Shown: positions 21,308 through 32,690, counted from the stretch's first letter. The stretch is 64,000 nucleotides of DNA from Clostridiales bacterium (GCA_040767605.1 JAXGOI010000001.1:824213-888212); one strand, 5' to 3'. A program made the numbers and translations. Notes: generated by a model not told the origin, from the sequence alone.

Positions 21308-22843
21308 TTACATCAGGGGGGCAAAAATTTTGAGAATCATTCTGAAAAAATGCTTATACCAAGGAATATTCCGGCTTTCCTCAAGGGTTATCTCATTACA
21401 AAGCTCGAGGGTTTTAAGATAATCCTCTTTAAGCTCTTTTACGGCCCTTGTTTTATACATCCAGATTCCGCATTCAAAATGCAGGTAAAAGCTGCGGTAA
21501 TCCATATTAACCGTGCCCACAACGGCAATATTATCATCGGCTAAAAATGTTTTAGAGTGCATAAACCCGGGGGTATATTCGTATATCTTAACCCCCGCCT
21601 CTATCAGCTGCTCATAAGAGGCCCGGGTAAGGGCATGAACATAGCCTTTATCCCCAATAAATGGGGTAACAATTCTTACATCCACCCCGTTTTTGGCCGC
21701 CAGCATTAAGGCCATGGCCAATTCATGGCTGGAAACCAAATAAGGGGTATTAATATAAATATACTCCTTAGCCTTATTAATTAAATTAAGGTAAACCATA
21801 ACCCCTATGGATTCATCCTCCAGAGGGCTATCCCCGTAGGGCAAAACATAGCCGTCGCTTTCAAAGGGCTCGGGGTGGTGAACATGGGGCAAATAGCATT
21901 CATAATCATCGCTGCGGTTAAGAGTAGAATTCCAAAGGTGCAAAAACATAAAGGTAAGGCTCCAAACCGCCTCCCCTTTTAAATATACCGCGGCATCTTT
22001 CCAATGGCCGAAGCGCTGTATTTTATTTATATATTCATCGGCTAAATTAATCCCCCCGCAAAAACCCGTATGGCCGTCAATAACTGTTATTTTACGATGA
22101 TCCCGATTATTTAAACGAAAAGTTAATCTTGGGGTAAAGGGCTGAAAAACAAGGGTTTTTATACCTAAAGCCTCTAGCTTTAAATTATATTTATAGGGCA
22201 GGGTTTGAAGGCAGCCGGCATCATCATACATCATCCGCACATCCAGCCCCTCTTTGGCTTTCCTGGCCATTATTTCTAAAATACTGTCCCACATTTCCCC
22301 TTCCTCAACAATAAAATACTCCATAAAAATATACTGCTCCGCCTTTTCCAGCTCCTCTTTTAAGCGGCGGAACATTTCCTCCCCGGGGCTTAAATACTCC
22401 GTAAGAGTATTTTTATAAACCGGATAAGCGGCATTATTATAAAGGTATTTTATTTGAGCTAAAACACCCTCGTCTTCTGACTTTAATTCCTCCATAATAC
22501 CCGGGCTTTGCTTCAAAAAGCAAATTGCCTTGGCATATTCTACACGGATATTCTGTTTAAAGCTTTTTGTTGAGCGCCCGCCGCCTAAAAATAAGTAAAA
22601 CAAGCCCCCAAAAACGGGGAATAAAAGTATAGGTATAGTCCATGCCAGCTTATAGGCGGGGTGGCCGTCCTTATTTAAAATAATAAAGACAACCGCCAGG
22701 CTTATAAATACAAAAACAAAATAAACATAGGTAAAATAATTGGAGAGCTTCCAAATTGCAGCCGATAAAATTATTAATTGCAGGATAATAATTGCGCTGA
22801 CAATAAAAATTCTGCTGAAAAGAACCCGAAAAAGGGTTTTCAT
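21308..22843 (-). CDS. cls: Cardiolipin synthase
   Basis: Two HKD motifs (HRKITVID, HSKTFLAD); N-terminal TM helices. Confidence 0.95.
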   Translation of the reverse strand: MKTLFRVLFSRIFIVSAIIILQLIILSAAIWKLSNYFTYVYFVFVFISLAVVFIILNKDGHPAYKLAWTIPILLFPVFGGLFYLFLGGGRSTKSFKQNIRVEYAKAICFLKQSPGIMEELKSEDEGVLAQIKYLYNNAAYPVYKNTLTEYLSPGEEMFRRLKEELEKAEQYIFMEYFIVEEGEMWDSILEIMARKAKEGLDVRMMYDDAGCLQTLPYKYNLKLEALGIKTLVFQPFTPRLTFRLNNRDHRKITVIDGHTGFCGGINLADEYINKIQRFGHWKDAAVYLKGEAVWSLTFMFLHLWNSTLNRSDDYECYLPHVHHPEPFESDGYVLPYGDSPLEDESIGVMVYLNLINKAKEYIYINTPYLVSSHELAMALMLAAKNGVDVRIVTPFIGDKGYVHALTRASYEQLIEAGVKIYEYTPGFMHSKTFLADDNIAVVGTVNMDYRSFYLHFECGIWMYKTRAVKELKEDYLKTLELCNEITLEESRNIPWYKHFFRMILKIFAPLM

Positions 22844-23052
22844 AAGCTCCTCCTTTATAATTATTACCCTTTAGTATATTGCGGCAGATTAAATTTTAAT
22901 TCATTTAAATTATCTCTTTTGCTTAAATATACACTATTTCCCTATCTATTACCAGTTAAGCCCAAAAAATAATCCGGGTATTTCCCTTAAAGAGTTTGCA
23001 AATACTATTTTATATTAAGATTTGGCAGAAGATATTTCAAGGAGGTTCTTAT

Positions 23053-23481
23053 ATGGAAAGAATGGCAATAGTTTTTTGGAGCGAAACAGGGAATACCGAG
23101 TGTATGGCCCAGGAAATAGCCAAAGGCGCTAAGGAGGCCAATGCGGAAATTCAAATTTTTGCCCCCGGCAACTTTGTAAAAGGGGATATGGGGAACTTTA
23201 CCAAATTCGCCTTTGGCTGCCCCTCCATGGGGGATGAGGTTTTAGAGGAAGAAGAATTTGAGCCAATGTTCAGTTCGATTGAAGAAAACCTGAAAAACCT
23301 TAAAGTGGCGCTTTTTGGCTCCTATGGCTGGGGGGACGGGGAATGGATGAGAAATTGGGAGCAAAGGGTAAAAGATGCCGGGGCCTACCTTTTTGAAGAA
23401 GGCTTAATTATTAACGAGGCCCCGGATGAAGAAGGTAAAAGAGCCTGCTATAACTTTGGGAGGGCCTTTGCAAATTTTTAA
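23053..23481 (+). CDS. Short-chain flavodoxin
   Basis: SETGNTE, GCPSMG, FGSYGWGDGEWM; ATG 23053 after AAGGAGG. Confidence 0.93.
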   Translation: MERMAIVFWSETGNTECMAQEIAKGAKEANAEIQIFAPGNFVKGDMGNFTKFAFGCPSMGDEVLEEEEFEPMFSSIEENLKNLKVALFGSYGWGDGEWMRNWEQRVKDAGAYLFEEGLIINEAPDEEGKRACYNFGRAFANF

Positions 23482-23518
23482 TTTTAGTTTTAAAGAGGCA
23501 AAGGGGTATTAGCCTAAA

Positions 23519-23552
23519 TAAAAACTATCGGCTTTTTCGCCGATAGTTTTTA
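23519..23552. terminator. Bidirectional terminator
   Basis: TAAAAACTATCGGC-tttttc-GCCGATAGTTTTTA. Confidence 0.85.
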
Positions 23553-23597
23553 TATAAAGCTCTCTGTTTTAAAAATATAAGGCCGTCTATTTTAAAC

Positions 23598-26500
23598 TTA
23601 ATTAAAAGAATTATTTAATAATGGGATTAAGCGGTAAAGAATTGCCGCAAGCTCCCCGCGGCTTATCTCTTCCTTAGGGGCAAGGAGATTTCCGCCCCTG
23701 CCTTCAATTATACCCTCGCCGATTAAATACTCAAAAGCGGCTTTAGCCCAGGGGGCAATATTTTCCCCATCTTTAAAGCCTGAAATATCCCCCTTGGCAG
23801 GCGAAGTATTTAGCCCTAAAGCACAGCTATAATTAAAAATAATTACGGCTAATTCTTCCCTGTTTATATTTTGCAAGGGTAAAAATCTGCCCCCCGGATA
23901 GCCCGCAATAAGCCCCTTTTCAAAAGCCCAATTTAAACCCGAAGCATAGTGGGGGCTTTCTTCAATATCATAAAGGGGCGCCTTTAGCACAGGCTTTTCC
24001 TGCCCTTCTAATCTATGTAAAACCGTAAGCAGCATTCCCCTGTTTAAAGGGGCCCCCGCGCCGAAAATACCTTCACTCATGCCTTCAAATAAACGGCGGG
24101 AGGCAGTAAAATCAATATATTCCTTCGCCCAGTGATTAAGAGAAATATCTTTAAAATTTTGCCTATATACAGCTATTTTAATTTTACCGGAGCCTTTAAG
24201 GGGCCCCGCCAAGCCATTTGATACGGCAAAGGCCTTGGGGATAATTTGGCTTTCGCCTTTATCATTAATAAATATAAGTATTAACGATGGGGAAATATCC
24301 TTAAAAGGCAATACCGCCCATAAACCATTAAAATTATTTAAAATTCTGCCGTCTGTAATGCATTCAATAATTAAAGATGAATCCTCTCCCTTTTTTAAGC
24401 TTAGGCTTAAATGTTGCCAGTTTTCGTCTAAGGCCGGTGCAAAAAGAGCCATATTTAAGGCTAAATATCCTAAATCCGTTTTTAAAAGGATTTTCTCCCC
24501 CACTCTAGCAAGGGCGGCAAAAGCTTGCCGGCTAATCTCCAGATATACGGCCTCCGTATTCTTGGGGATATCCGGGCTGATAATTATTTTATTAATCCCC
24601 ATAGCCCCGGCAGGTATTTTATTAATTTCATTGGGGCTAAGTATAAGCCTTGCCTGATTATTTTTAATTAAAACTTTTGGCAGAAGAATTAAATTGCCTT
24701 CTGAATCTGTTTCGGCCGGGATTGCGGAATTTATTTCTGCCCCGCCTGTTCCGGGAAGCGGCGGGGCAGAGGGCTTTGCTTTAATTATAAGGCTGCCGGA
24801 AAGTATATTTACAGAATAATTCTTTGAATAAAACTGCGGGGCATTTTTAAAAACAATGGCATATTCGCCTTTTTCCCCGGTATTTTCCAGCCTTTCTCCC
24901 AAGGCATTTTTAACCTCCAGCTCAAGGCCGCCTGCAATTAGTTCTATAACCTCATTTAGATTATCCCCTTCGGCCAGGCCGCTTATTTCATATTCCAATA
25001 TAGGCAAAGGGGCATTTTCATAAACCGTATAGCTTTTAGGGCTTAAAAGCAGCTCTCTTTTAGTAATTTTAAAGGGTATTTCCAGGCTGCCTTCATAATC
25101 CGGATTATCCTCCGGAATCGATATATTAAGCTTATAATCCCCGGCATCTACAGGGGGGTTGGGGCTATTATAATCAGCGCCCCCTGTGCTTGTAAAAACC
25201 AGGGAATACTCGCTTATTATAATATCATTCCCTCCTGCTTCCCCCATGGGGCTGCCCCAAAAGGCAATGGGGCCGGCATCATAAATTTTATCTTCTATAA
25301 AAATATTTTTAAGGGTAATCTCGGTTTTTGGCGCTATACAAAAATCCAGCAAAAAGTTAATATCAGTATAATTTCTGCTTTCGATTAGAATACTTTGCCT
25401 TGCTTCTCCATAGCCTGAGCTTAAAGCGGTAAATTCCAGCATTATGCCGCCCTCGCCAAGGGCAGGTTTTTGGCTGAATAATTCATCCCCGCTAAAATCC
25501 CCTATTTTATAAATAATCTCGCCGGTATCCTCTTTATTAAAAATCAGGGAGGAAAGATCATATGTATAACCCTTGAGGGTATTTCTGGCTAAAATATAAG
25601 GGCTTTCCCCTTGAGCAATGAGGCCGTCTCCTTTTAAAATATCCCCCAAAAAGGCAAAAGTATCTTCAGCCAATAAATAATTTGCGGCCTTATCCGTAGG
25701 ATTAAGGCTTAACCCGGCGCTGATATTTATATTTATTCCGGCATTGGCATGGGCAAATTCGGCGCTTGCGGTATAATCCAGGCCTAAAACAAGGCTTTCC
25801 CCATTTTTTAGCCCCTTAAATTCAATACTCTCAACTAAACCCTGATTATTCCCATTATAGATTTTAGGGTATAAATTTACCTTATTAATTTCCAGCGCGG
25901 CCTTTTTTATATCCCCGCGGATTTCATTAAAGGAGAAAAGTATATAATTTGAGGCATCCTTCCCGGCAAGGGACGGCTCCCCCTGGGGTAAAATAATTTT
26001 ATTATCTTCGGCGGCGGCGTTCCCGCTTAAGCCCCAGGCAGGCAAAACCAGGCTAACATCATCCCCCGGCAATACCCCCTCCAAGGCACCCCCTGTAAGG
26101 GCTATTTGGCAATTGCCGTCATAGCTCTTTTCCTGCCCCAAAATTCCCAAAGCACTTATTGGCTTGGGATTAATCTCAAAATCAATTTCAATTTTACCCT
26201 TATATTGGCTGTCAGCCTCGCTTATTTCAATTATAAGCTTGTATTTCCCCGCCTTATAAGGGGGTTCGTTGCTTAAATAACTCTCGTCGTCGGCACTTTT
26301 ATAGGTATAGGTATATTCTCCAATTATTATAATATTTCCCTCATCATCCCTGGCAAGAGGGGGCCCGGTATAAATAATAGGTGTTTTATCGTAATTTTTA
26401 TTATCAATCTCTATGCCTTCCAGGCTTAATTCCCGCTTTTCCCCTAAAATAAGCCATTCAGAATTTAAATCCCCCGGGGTTAGGGAATTTAGCCCCATTA

Positions 26501-27596
26501 AAAGCCGCCCCCCTTGGGAGGCATAAAATATATATTGGGTATCCTCATTTACCAAAGTTAGCAGCTTGCTTTTTGCCCCGATATTTTCGGGTAAAACCAA
26601 CCCCTCCTTAAAAGCTCCGTTTTGATAAAGCAATAAGCCTTCCTCATTGGCGGCGGCATAATAGGGCTCCCCGGAAGAATCCAGAGCCAGCCCGGCTCCA
26701 ATGGGAGAAAAAGACCTTTCCCCCTGGTTAATGGTAATACCGTCTTTATTTATATATAAGCGCCCCTCTGCTTGATATAAAGCATAAATCCCCTCACTGC
26801 CTGCCTTGGCGGCTAAAAGAGCAATGGTATTATCAGGAGTATTGGTGTTTTTCAGCAAATATTCATGGCCTATTGCCTCCGGGATATTATAAATATTATA
26901 TTTATAAGTATAATCCTGGCCGCCGGGGTATTTATCAAAGGTATAATTAAAATTACCTAAATAACAATTCCCCTCATAAGACGCCATTTGAGAAGGAGGG
27001 AAGGCATAAGTTTGCCCCTCATAAGCACCGGCCTCCCAGCCGTCGCTATAGCTTATAACCGTTTTTGTAAAAGAGCCCCCGGCATTTGTGGCATAAATTA
27101 AATCTTCTTTATCATAGGGGGCATAATCATTAAAAAAGAAATAGCCCCCGGCAGAATCATGATAAGAAATATGCACAAAACCCTCATTATCCGCCGCTAT
27201 ACTGGGGTAACTAAGCTTACCCGGAATATCATTCCAATTTAGGGATTCAATAATCTCCGGCTCCGACCAGCCGGAGGCCGTTTGGGAGATATAAACTAAA
27301 TTATCCTCGCTATTAATATAAGCTATATGGGCCTTGCCTGTTTTTTCTATGGCTAAAGCCCCTTGGCTGCCCGGGGCTATTTTTTGGCTTTGCCAGGTTT
27401 TTGTATTTACCTGATAAAACCCGCAGCAGATTTCTCCGCTATCTGTATATAAAAGGGCTATATCCCCATTGGGGAGCAATTGGGCGGCGCAAATATTTTT
27501 TGTTTCGCCATCCCCCAGGGCAATATTCGGCTTATAGGCAAAAAGCAAAAAAAACAGCCCTAAGACAGATATCCCCAGTAAAATCTTTTTAAGCAT
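23598..27596 (-). CDS. Large cell-surface protein with YDG/MBG-like Ig repeats and three C-terminal SLH domains
   Basis: Signal peptide; KSYDG/KIYNG/KIYDA repeats; PxxAGxY; SLH motifs FKDI..HWA, LNRGML, INREEL, ISRGEL. Confidence 0.85.
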   Translation of the reverse strand: MLKKILLGISVLGLFFLLFAYKPNIALGDGETKNICAAQLLPNGDIALLYTDSGEICCGFYQVNTKTWQSQKIAPGSQGALAIEKTGKAHIAYINSEDNLVYISQTASGWSEPEIIESLNWNDIPGKLSYPSIAADNEGFVHISYHDSAGGYFFFNDYAPYDKEDLIYATNAGGSFTKTVISYSDGWEAGAYEGQTYAFPPSQMASYEGNCYLGNFNYTFDKYPGGQDYTYKYNIYNIPEAIGHEYLLKNTNTPDNTIALLAAKAGSEGIYALYQAEGRLYINKDGITINQGERSFSPIGAGLALDSSGEPYYAAANEEGLLLYQNGAFKEGLVLPENIGAKSKLLTLVNEDTQYIFYASQGGRLLMGLNSLTPGDLNSEWLILGEKRELSLEGIEIDNKNYDKTPIIYTGPPLARDDEGNIIIIGEYTYTYKSADDESYLSNEPPYKAGKYKLIIEISEADSQYKGKIEIDFEINPKPISALGILGQEKSYDGNCQIALTGGALEGVLPGDDVSLVLPAWGLSGNAAAEDNKIILPQGEPSLAGKDASNYILFSFNEIRGDIKKAALEINKVNLYPKIYNGNNQGLVESIEFKGLKNGESLVLGLDYTASAEFAHANAGININISAGLSLNPTDKAANYLLAEDTFAFLGDILKGDGLIAQGESPYILARNTLKGYTYDLSSLIFNKEDTGEIIYKIGDFSGDELFSQKPALGEGGIMLEFTALSSGYGEARQSILIESRNYTDINFLLDFCIAPKTEITLKNIFIEDKIYDAGPIAFWGSPMGEAGGNDIIISEYSLVFTSTGGADYNSPNPPVDAGDYKLNISIPEDNPDYEGSLEIPFKITKRELLLSPKSYTVYENAPLPILEYEISGLAEGDNLNEVIELIAGGLELEVKNALGERLENTGEKGEYAIVFKNAPQFYSKNYSVNILSGSLIIKAKPSAPPLPGTGGAEINSAIPAETDSEGNLILLPKVLIKNNQARLILSPNEINKIPAGAMGINKIIISPDIPKNTEAVYLEISRQAFAALARVGEKILLKTDLGYLALNMALFAPALDENWQHLSLSLKKGEDSSLIIECITDGRILNNFNGLWAVLPFKDISPSLILIFINDKGESQIIPKAFAVSNGLAGPLKGSGKIKIAVYRQNFKDISLNHWAKEYIDFTASRRLFEGMSEGIFGAGAPLNRGMLLTVLHRLEGQEKPVLKAPLYDIEESPHYASGLNWAFEKGLIAGYPGGRFLPLQNINREELAVIIFNYSCALGLNTSPAKGDISGFKDGENIAPWAKAAFEYLIGEGIIEGRGGNLLAPKEEISRGELAAILYRLIPLLNNSFN

Positions 27597-27909
27597 ATAA
27601 AAGCCCCCTATTTAAATTTAATTATTTTTAAGGGTTAAAACCTGTATTTTTACCAGTTTTAAGAGGGCAGCCCCTTTGCCCGGGCAAATAAAAAGCCGGA
27701 AGAGTTTTTTATCTTTTTGGCTAAAGCGGTCTGCTTTGGGTAAATATCTATTTAAGATCTGTTTTTTATTATTCTCTTTTTATTATTCTGTTTAGCTTTA
27801 TGGCTTAAATTTACGGCATTTTTTAGTTATATAGGCCCCTTTGCGATTTTTTATGCTTATTTCCGATTATTTTAGCTCAAATATCTGTTTGCCTTTAAAA
27901 GCTAAGGCC

Positions 27910-28371
27910 TTAATACATTTGCTTATTTGTAATTTTGGAATAGACCTCAAAAAGCTTCAGGCAATCCTCTTTATCTAATTCCTCCATTTTATAGACGCCT
28001 TCCCCTTTGCAAAGAATATCATAAAAAAGCCTGTCTCTAAAGCCGATTTCCTCAGTATCTTCTTTGGGGCAGCCATAATAAACCTCTTCTATTCCGGCCC
28101 ATAAAATTGCCCCCACACACATAGGGCAGGGCTGGGCTGTGGTATAAAGCTGGCAGCCCCTTAAATCCGGGCTTTGTAATTTACGGCAGGCATCACGAAT
28201 GGCCTGAATTTCCCCATGGGCGGTGGGGTCGTTATCCGCAATAACTCTATTATGCCCCTTGCCGATTATTTTGCCGTTTTTTACAATAACTGCGCCAAAG
28301 GGCCCCCCCGCCCCGGTTTCTATACCATAATAGGCCTCAGAAATGGCCTCTTTCATAAAACTATTCAGCAT
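27910..28371 (-). CDS. guaD: Guanine/nucleoside deaminase (CDA superfamily)
   Basis: GGPFGAVIV, DPTAHGE, PCPMC, GFRD. Confidence 0.82.
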   Translation of the reverse strand: MLNSFMKEAISEAYYGIETGAGGPFGAVIVKNGKIIGKGHNRVIADNDPTAHGEIQAIRDACRKLQSPDLRGCQLYTTAQPCPMCVGAILWAGIEEVYYGCPKEDTEEIGFRDRLFYDILCKGEGVYKMEELDKEDCLKLFEVYSKITNKQMY

Positions 28372-28509
28372 ACTATAACCCCTTGCTTTTTTATTTTAAT
28401 CTTATTGCCAATTTAATTTTAGGCTATAAAAAAAGCCTTGTCAAATAAAGTCTGTTTTTGGGGATTTTATGGTATAATAAGCTAAGTATAAATATAGGGG
28501 GGCAAAATT

Positions 28510-28800
28510 GTGAAGGCTAAAAAAACCCTTATTCTCTTAAGGCGAATTATTATAGCCCTTATTGTTATTTGGCTGGCTTGCGCAATAACTGATTTCAGGC
28601 ATGTTTTCGGCCGGCAGCAAAGGCCGGTTTTTTCCCTGCCGGCAAGGCTGGAAGAGGACGGGGCCTCCGGGCTTTACCGGGGCTTGGGCTATTCCTTCCT
28701 TATTGAGGGCAATTTTAAGCCCGAGGATGAGAATCCGGGGATTACAAAAGCCCAACTCTCTTTTTTGGGCAAAGAAATTAAAACATATATAAGAGATTAA
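28510..28800 (+). CDS. Hypothetical membrane-anchored protein
   Basis: GTG after a GGGGG RBS; N-terminal TM; DG..G.YRGLGYS motif; upstream TTGTCA/TATAAT promoter-like boxes. Confidence 0.65.
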   Translation: MKAKKTLILLRRIIIALIVIWLACAITDFRHVFGRQQRPVFSLPARLEEDGASGLYRGLGYSFLIEGNFKPEDENPGITKAQLSFLGKEIKTYIRD

Positions 28801-28896
28801 AAAAACCCTTACCCGCCCTTTAAAAACAGCCAAAAACTTGGCTGTTTTTTTCTTCTAAAGCCGCCGCTTTTATTTTGCCATTAAAGGCCTTTAAAT

Positions 28897-29364
28897 TTAA
28901 GCTTCAATTTCTTTAATTAAATTAGCCATTTCTATAAAGGCAACGGCGGATTCAAAACCTTTATTACCCGCCTTAGTGCCGGCTCTTTCAATTGCCTGCT
29001 CGATATTTTCCGTAGTAATAACCCCAAACATCACCGGTATATCTGCCTTTAAAGAAACATTGGCAATACCCTTGGAAACCTCACTGCAAACATAATCATA
29101 ATGGCTTGTGGAGCCCCGAATAACGGCGCCAAGGCAGATAATCCCGTCATATTTAGCGCTTTTAGCCATTTTAGAGGCAATAAGGGGGATTTCAAAAGCC
29201 CCCGGAACCCAGGCAATATCAATATTTTGCTCTTTTACCCCATGGCGCTTTAAGGCGTCTAAAGCTCCGGCAAGCAGCTTGGAAACTATAAATTCATTAA
29301 ACCTTGCCGCCACAATACCCACTTTAATTCCGTCTGAAACCAGCTTACCCTCAAAAACCCGCAT
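28897..29364 (-). CDS. ribH: 6,7-dimethyl-8-ribityllumazine synthase
   Basis: [33 protein letters not shown]. Confidence 0.97.
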   Translation of the reverse strand: MRVFEGKLVSDGIKVGIVAARFNEFIVSKLLAGALDALKRHGVKEQNIDIAWVPGAFEIPLIASKMAKSAKYDGIICLGAVIRGSTSHYDYVCSEVSKGIANVSLKADIPVMFGVITTENIEQAIERAGTKAGNKGFESAVAFIEMANLIKEIEA

Positions 29365-29383
29365 ATTATATCCCTCTCTTATT

Positions 29384-30613
29384 TTAATAATTTAAGATAT
29401 GACCCATTTTTTCTTTTTTTGTTTTAAGGTAAAACTCATCATATTTATTTGTCTCAATCTGAATAGGCAGGCGCTCGATTATTTCCATGCCAAAATCTGA
29501 AAGACCCTCGATTTTTTTAGGGTTATTAGTTAAAAGGCGCAGCTCTTTTACGCCTAAATCCCTTAAAATTTGGGCGCCTATATAATACTCCCGCATATCC
29601 TCAGGGAAACCAAGGGCTAAATTAGCCTCCACGGTATCAAGGCCTTCATCCTGCAGGGCATAGGCCTTAAGCTTATTAACAAGCCCTATACCCCTGCCCT
29701 CCTGGCGCATATACAAGAGCACCCCCCGGCCTTCTGCCTCTATGGCCCGCATAGCTCCGGCAAATTGCTGGCCGCAATCACACCTTACGGAGGCAAAGGC
29801 ATCGCCTGAAAGGCATTCCGAATGCACTCTCCCTAAAACCGGCCTGCCGTCTGATATATCCCCCTTAACCAGCGCAATATGATGCTCGTTATTTAAAATA
29901 TTTATATAGCAATAGGCTGTAAATTCTCCGTATTTTGTAGGCATATGCGCCGCGGCTACCTGCTTAACCAGCTTCTCATTTTTTTTGCGCCATTTTTGTA
30001 AATCCCGGATAGTAATAAATTTTAAATTATGCCGTTGGGCCAGCTCAATTAGCTGGGGGGTACGCATCATGGCGCCGTCCTCATTCATAATTTCGCAGCA
30101 TAAGCCGCATTCTTTTAAACCGGCCAGGCGCATTAAATCCACAGTCGCCTCAGTATGGCCGTTGCGCTCCAAAACTCCATTTTTTCTTGCAAGGAGGGGG
30201 AACATATGCCCCGGCCTGCGGAAATCCTCCGGGCGGGAATTTTCTTCCGCGCATTTTCTGGCGGTTAGGCCCCGCTCCTCGGCGGATATTCCCGTAGTGG
30301 TATTTATATGATCAATAGAAACCGTAAAGGCTGTGGCATGGGTATCCGTATTATTTTTAACCATTTGGGGTATATTCAGCCTTTCAATATATTCCCGGCT
30401 CATAGGCATACAAATAAGGCCTTTGCCATGGCTTGCCATAAAATTTACATTTTCGGTGGTGGCAAATTCCGCGGCGCAAATAAAATCCCCCTCGTTTTCC
30501 CTATTATCATCATCAGTAACCAGAATAATCCTGCCTTCTTTAAGCTCATTTAAGGCCTCTTCTATGGTACTGTAGCTAAATGCAGCGCATTTAAGCATAT
30601 TATTTTTAGACAT
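29384..30613 (-). CDS. ribBA: Bifunctional DHBP synthase / GTP cyclohydrolase II
   Basis: [33 protein letters not shown]. Confidence 0.97.
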   Translation of the reverse strand: MSKNNMLKCAAFSYSTIEEALNELKEGRIILVTDDDNRENEGDFICAAEFATTENVNFMASHGKGLICMPMSREYIERLNIPQMVKNNTDTHATAFTVSIDHINTTTGISAEERGLTARKCAEENSRPEDFRRPGHMFPLLARKNGVLERNGHTEATVDLMRLAGLKECGLCCEIMNEDGAMMRTPQLIELAQRHNLKFITIRDLQKWRKKNEKLVKQVAAAHMPTKYGEFTAYCYINILNNEHHIALVKGDISDGRPVLGRVHSECLSGDAFASVRCDCGQQFAGAMRAIEAEGRGVLLYMRQEGRGIGLVNKLKAYALQDEGLDTVEANLALGFPEDMREYYIGAQILRDLGVKELRLLTNNPKKIEGLSDFGMEIIERLPIQIETNKYDEFYLKTKKEKMGHILNY

Positions 30614-30699
30614 ATTGCCTCCTTAATTAAAACAATTATTAAAACCTTTATTAAAGCCCTTATAAAAACCGCTGTTAAAAACCGCTATTTATTTTGATC

Positions 30700-31347
30700 T
30701 TAAAAGCCGGCCCGGCTTAAAAATTCTTCCGTTATAACGCCTTTTTCTCTCTCTTTTTCCGGGGTTTTAAAGAGCTTTTCTATATATTTGCCGATAATAT
30801 CATTTTCCAGATTAAGAATATCCCCCGGTGATTTATCTATTAATGTAGTATTTTCTGCCGTATGGGGTATAACAAAAACCTGAAAAGTGTTGCCCTTTAT
30901 ATTTGCCACTGTTAGGCTTATGCCGTCCATGGCAATAGAGCCCTTTTTAATAATATAGCGGGAAATTTCCGCCGTGGTTTCTACGCTGAATATAATTGCC
31001 CGGCCATCCCTTTCAATTTTTGTTATTTTGCCTGTGCCGTCAATATGGCCTGAAACAATATGCCCCCCAAACCTGCCGTAAGCCGGCAGGGCCCTTTCTA
31101 AATTAACCGGGCTGCCGGCCCTTGCCGCCTTAAGGGAGGTTCTGGCAAGGGTTTCGCTGACCGCCTCAGCCTCAAAGCAATTCCCCTTAATTGAGCTGAC
31201 GGTTAAGCAAACGCCGTTTACCGCCACGCTATCCCCCAGCTTTAAATCATCAAAAATAATTTTGCCGGAAATTGTAAGGGTAGAGGCCTTAGGCCCCGGC
31301 CGGATATTTATAATTTTGCCTGTTTCTTCTATAATACCGGTAAACAT
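30700..31347 (-). CDS. ribE: Riboflavin synthase
   Basis: MFTGII, GVCLT, GGHIVSGHIDG. Confidence 0.97.
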   Translation of the reverse strand: MFTGIIEETGKIINIRPGPKASTLTISGKIIFDDLKLGDSVAVNGVCLTVSSIKGNCFEAEAVSETLARTSLKAARAGSPVNLERALPAYGRFGGHIVSGHIDGTGKITKIERDGRAIIFSVETTAEISRYIIKKGSIAMDGISLTVANIKGNTFQVFVIPHTAENTTLIDKSPGDILNLENDIIGKYIEKLFKTPEKEREKGVITEEFLSRAGF

Positions 31348-31351
31348 AAAT

Positions 31352-32434
31352 TCACCTCACCTTATACTCAAGCAGTATATCCTCCCCTAAAAGGCTGATT
31401 TTTCTTTCCTCAAATAAAAATGCGGAATCGGGATTATCTATACCTATGCCACCCATACCTGTTTTTGCCCTCTTCCCGCCGAACATTTTGGGGGCAATAT
31501 AAATATAGGCCTTTTGAATAATCCCCGCCTCCAAGGCGCTGTAATTTAATTCCGGCCCCCCTTCCAATAAAATGCTGCTTAACCCCTCTTTGCCTAAATA
31601 AACCATTAATTCTTTTAAATTCACCCTATTATTATAAGCGGGCATTTTAAGGAGTTTTAGGCCTGAATTTAAAAGGGCCTTTTCTTTTTCTTTATCCCCC
31701 AGGCAATAGGCAATATAGGTGGGGATTTCTTCAGCGGTTTTAACTATTTTTGATTTTAAGGGCAGCCTTAAGCGGCTGTCGCATATTATGCGCAGGGGGT
31801 TTTTACCCCCTTTAAGCCTGCAATTTAAAATAGGGTCATCCTGAATAACCGTATTTATGCCAACCATAATGCCGCTATACTTATGGCGCAGGCCGTGAAC
31901 ATGCTCTCTTGCCGCCTCCCCTGTTATCCAGCGGGATTTTCCGCTTTCGGTTGCCGTTTTGCCGTCTAAGGTCATGGCATACTTTAAAGCCGCAAAGGGG
32001 GTTTTATTTTTTATATAATGAAAATACGCCTGGTTTATATCCCGGGCCCGGGCCTCTAAAACCCCGCTTATAACATCTAAGCCCGCCTTTTTTAAAATTT
32101 TTGCCCCTTGGCCGCAAACCATAGGGTTAGGGTCTAAAACCCCTATTACAACTCTTTTTAGGCCGCTTTTAATAATTGCCTCGGTGCAGGGAGGGGTTTT
32201 GCCATAATGGCAGCAGGGCTCTAAATTTACATACAAAGTTGCCCCCTTGGGGGGTTTTATACAGTCTTTAAGGGCATTAATCTCCCCATGAGGGCCGCCG
32301 TATTCCTTATGGTAGCCCTTGCCGATAATTTCCCCCTCTTTAACAATTACGCAGCCCACCGCAGGGTTGGCTCCGGTATGCCCAATTCCCAGTTCGGCTA
32401 AATCAAGGGCTTTTGCCATATAAAAATCATCCAT
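31352..32434 (-). CDS. ribD: Riboflavin biosynthesis deaminase/reductase
   Basis: HGE, LEPCCH..KTPPC, SRWIT, EGG. Confidence 0.96.
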   Translation of the reverse strand: MDDFYMAKALDLAELGIGHTGANPAVGCVIVKEGEIIGKGYHKEYGGPHGEINALKDCIKPPKGATLYVNLEPCCHYGKTPPCTEAIIKSGLKRVVIGVLDPNPMVCGQGAKILKKAGLDVISGVLEARARDINQAYFHYIKNKTPFAALKYAMTLDGKTATESGKSRWITGEAAREHVHGLRHKYSGIMVGINTVIQDDPILNCRLKGGKNPLRIICDSRLRLPLKSKIVKTAEEIPTYIAYCLGDKEKEKALLNSGLKLLKMPAYNNRVNLKELMVYLGKEGLSSILLEGGPELNYSALEAGIIQKAYIYIAPKMFGGKRAKTGMGGIGIDNPDSAFLFEERKISLLGEDILLEYKVR

Positions 32435-32514
32435 ATTTACCCCCTAAAAATAAAACGGCCTTGAAATATTCAAGGCCTTCGATTTTTTTGCCCCTTAAAT
32501 TTATATTTATCGTA

Positions 32515-32550
32515 AAAAAAACTCTGAAATGAATACATTTCAGAGCTAAA
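32515..32550 (-). terminator. FMN riboswitch expression-platform terminator
   Basis: GCTCTGAAATG-tatt-CATTTCAGAGT followed by a T-run on the minus strand. Confidence 0.8.
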
Positions 32551-32582
32551 ATGCGACAAAAACAATTGTTTAAGGCATTATT

Positions 32583-32690
32583 ATCTTCTTTCATCCAGAC
32601 TTTACTGTCGGCTTCGGAGTTACACCGAATCATACCTTGCGGCTCGTGGGCTATACCACCGGTAGGGATTTTCACCCTGCCCTGAAGATT
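32583..32690 (-). ncRNA. FMN riboswitch (RFN element)
   Basis: TCTTCAGGGCAGGGTGAAAATCCCTACCGGTGGT...AGCCCACGAGC...CCGACAGTAAAGTCTGGATGAAAGAAGA upstream of ribD. Confidence 0.97.

Noticed and set aside
27600-27900. c-di-GMP-I riboswitch upstream of the SLH gene (GGCAAA present)
   Set aside because: The remaining GEMM consensus and P2/P3 architecture were not found
28372-28510. Purine riboswitch upstream of guaD
   Set aside because: No purine aptamer consensus; the spacer is short and AT-rich
32427-32675. 82-aa ORF upstream of ribD
   Set aside because: It overlaps the FMN riboswitch and its terminator; spurious translation of a structured RNA
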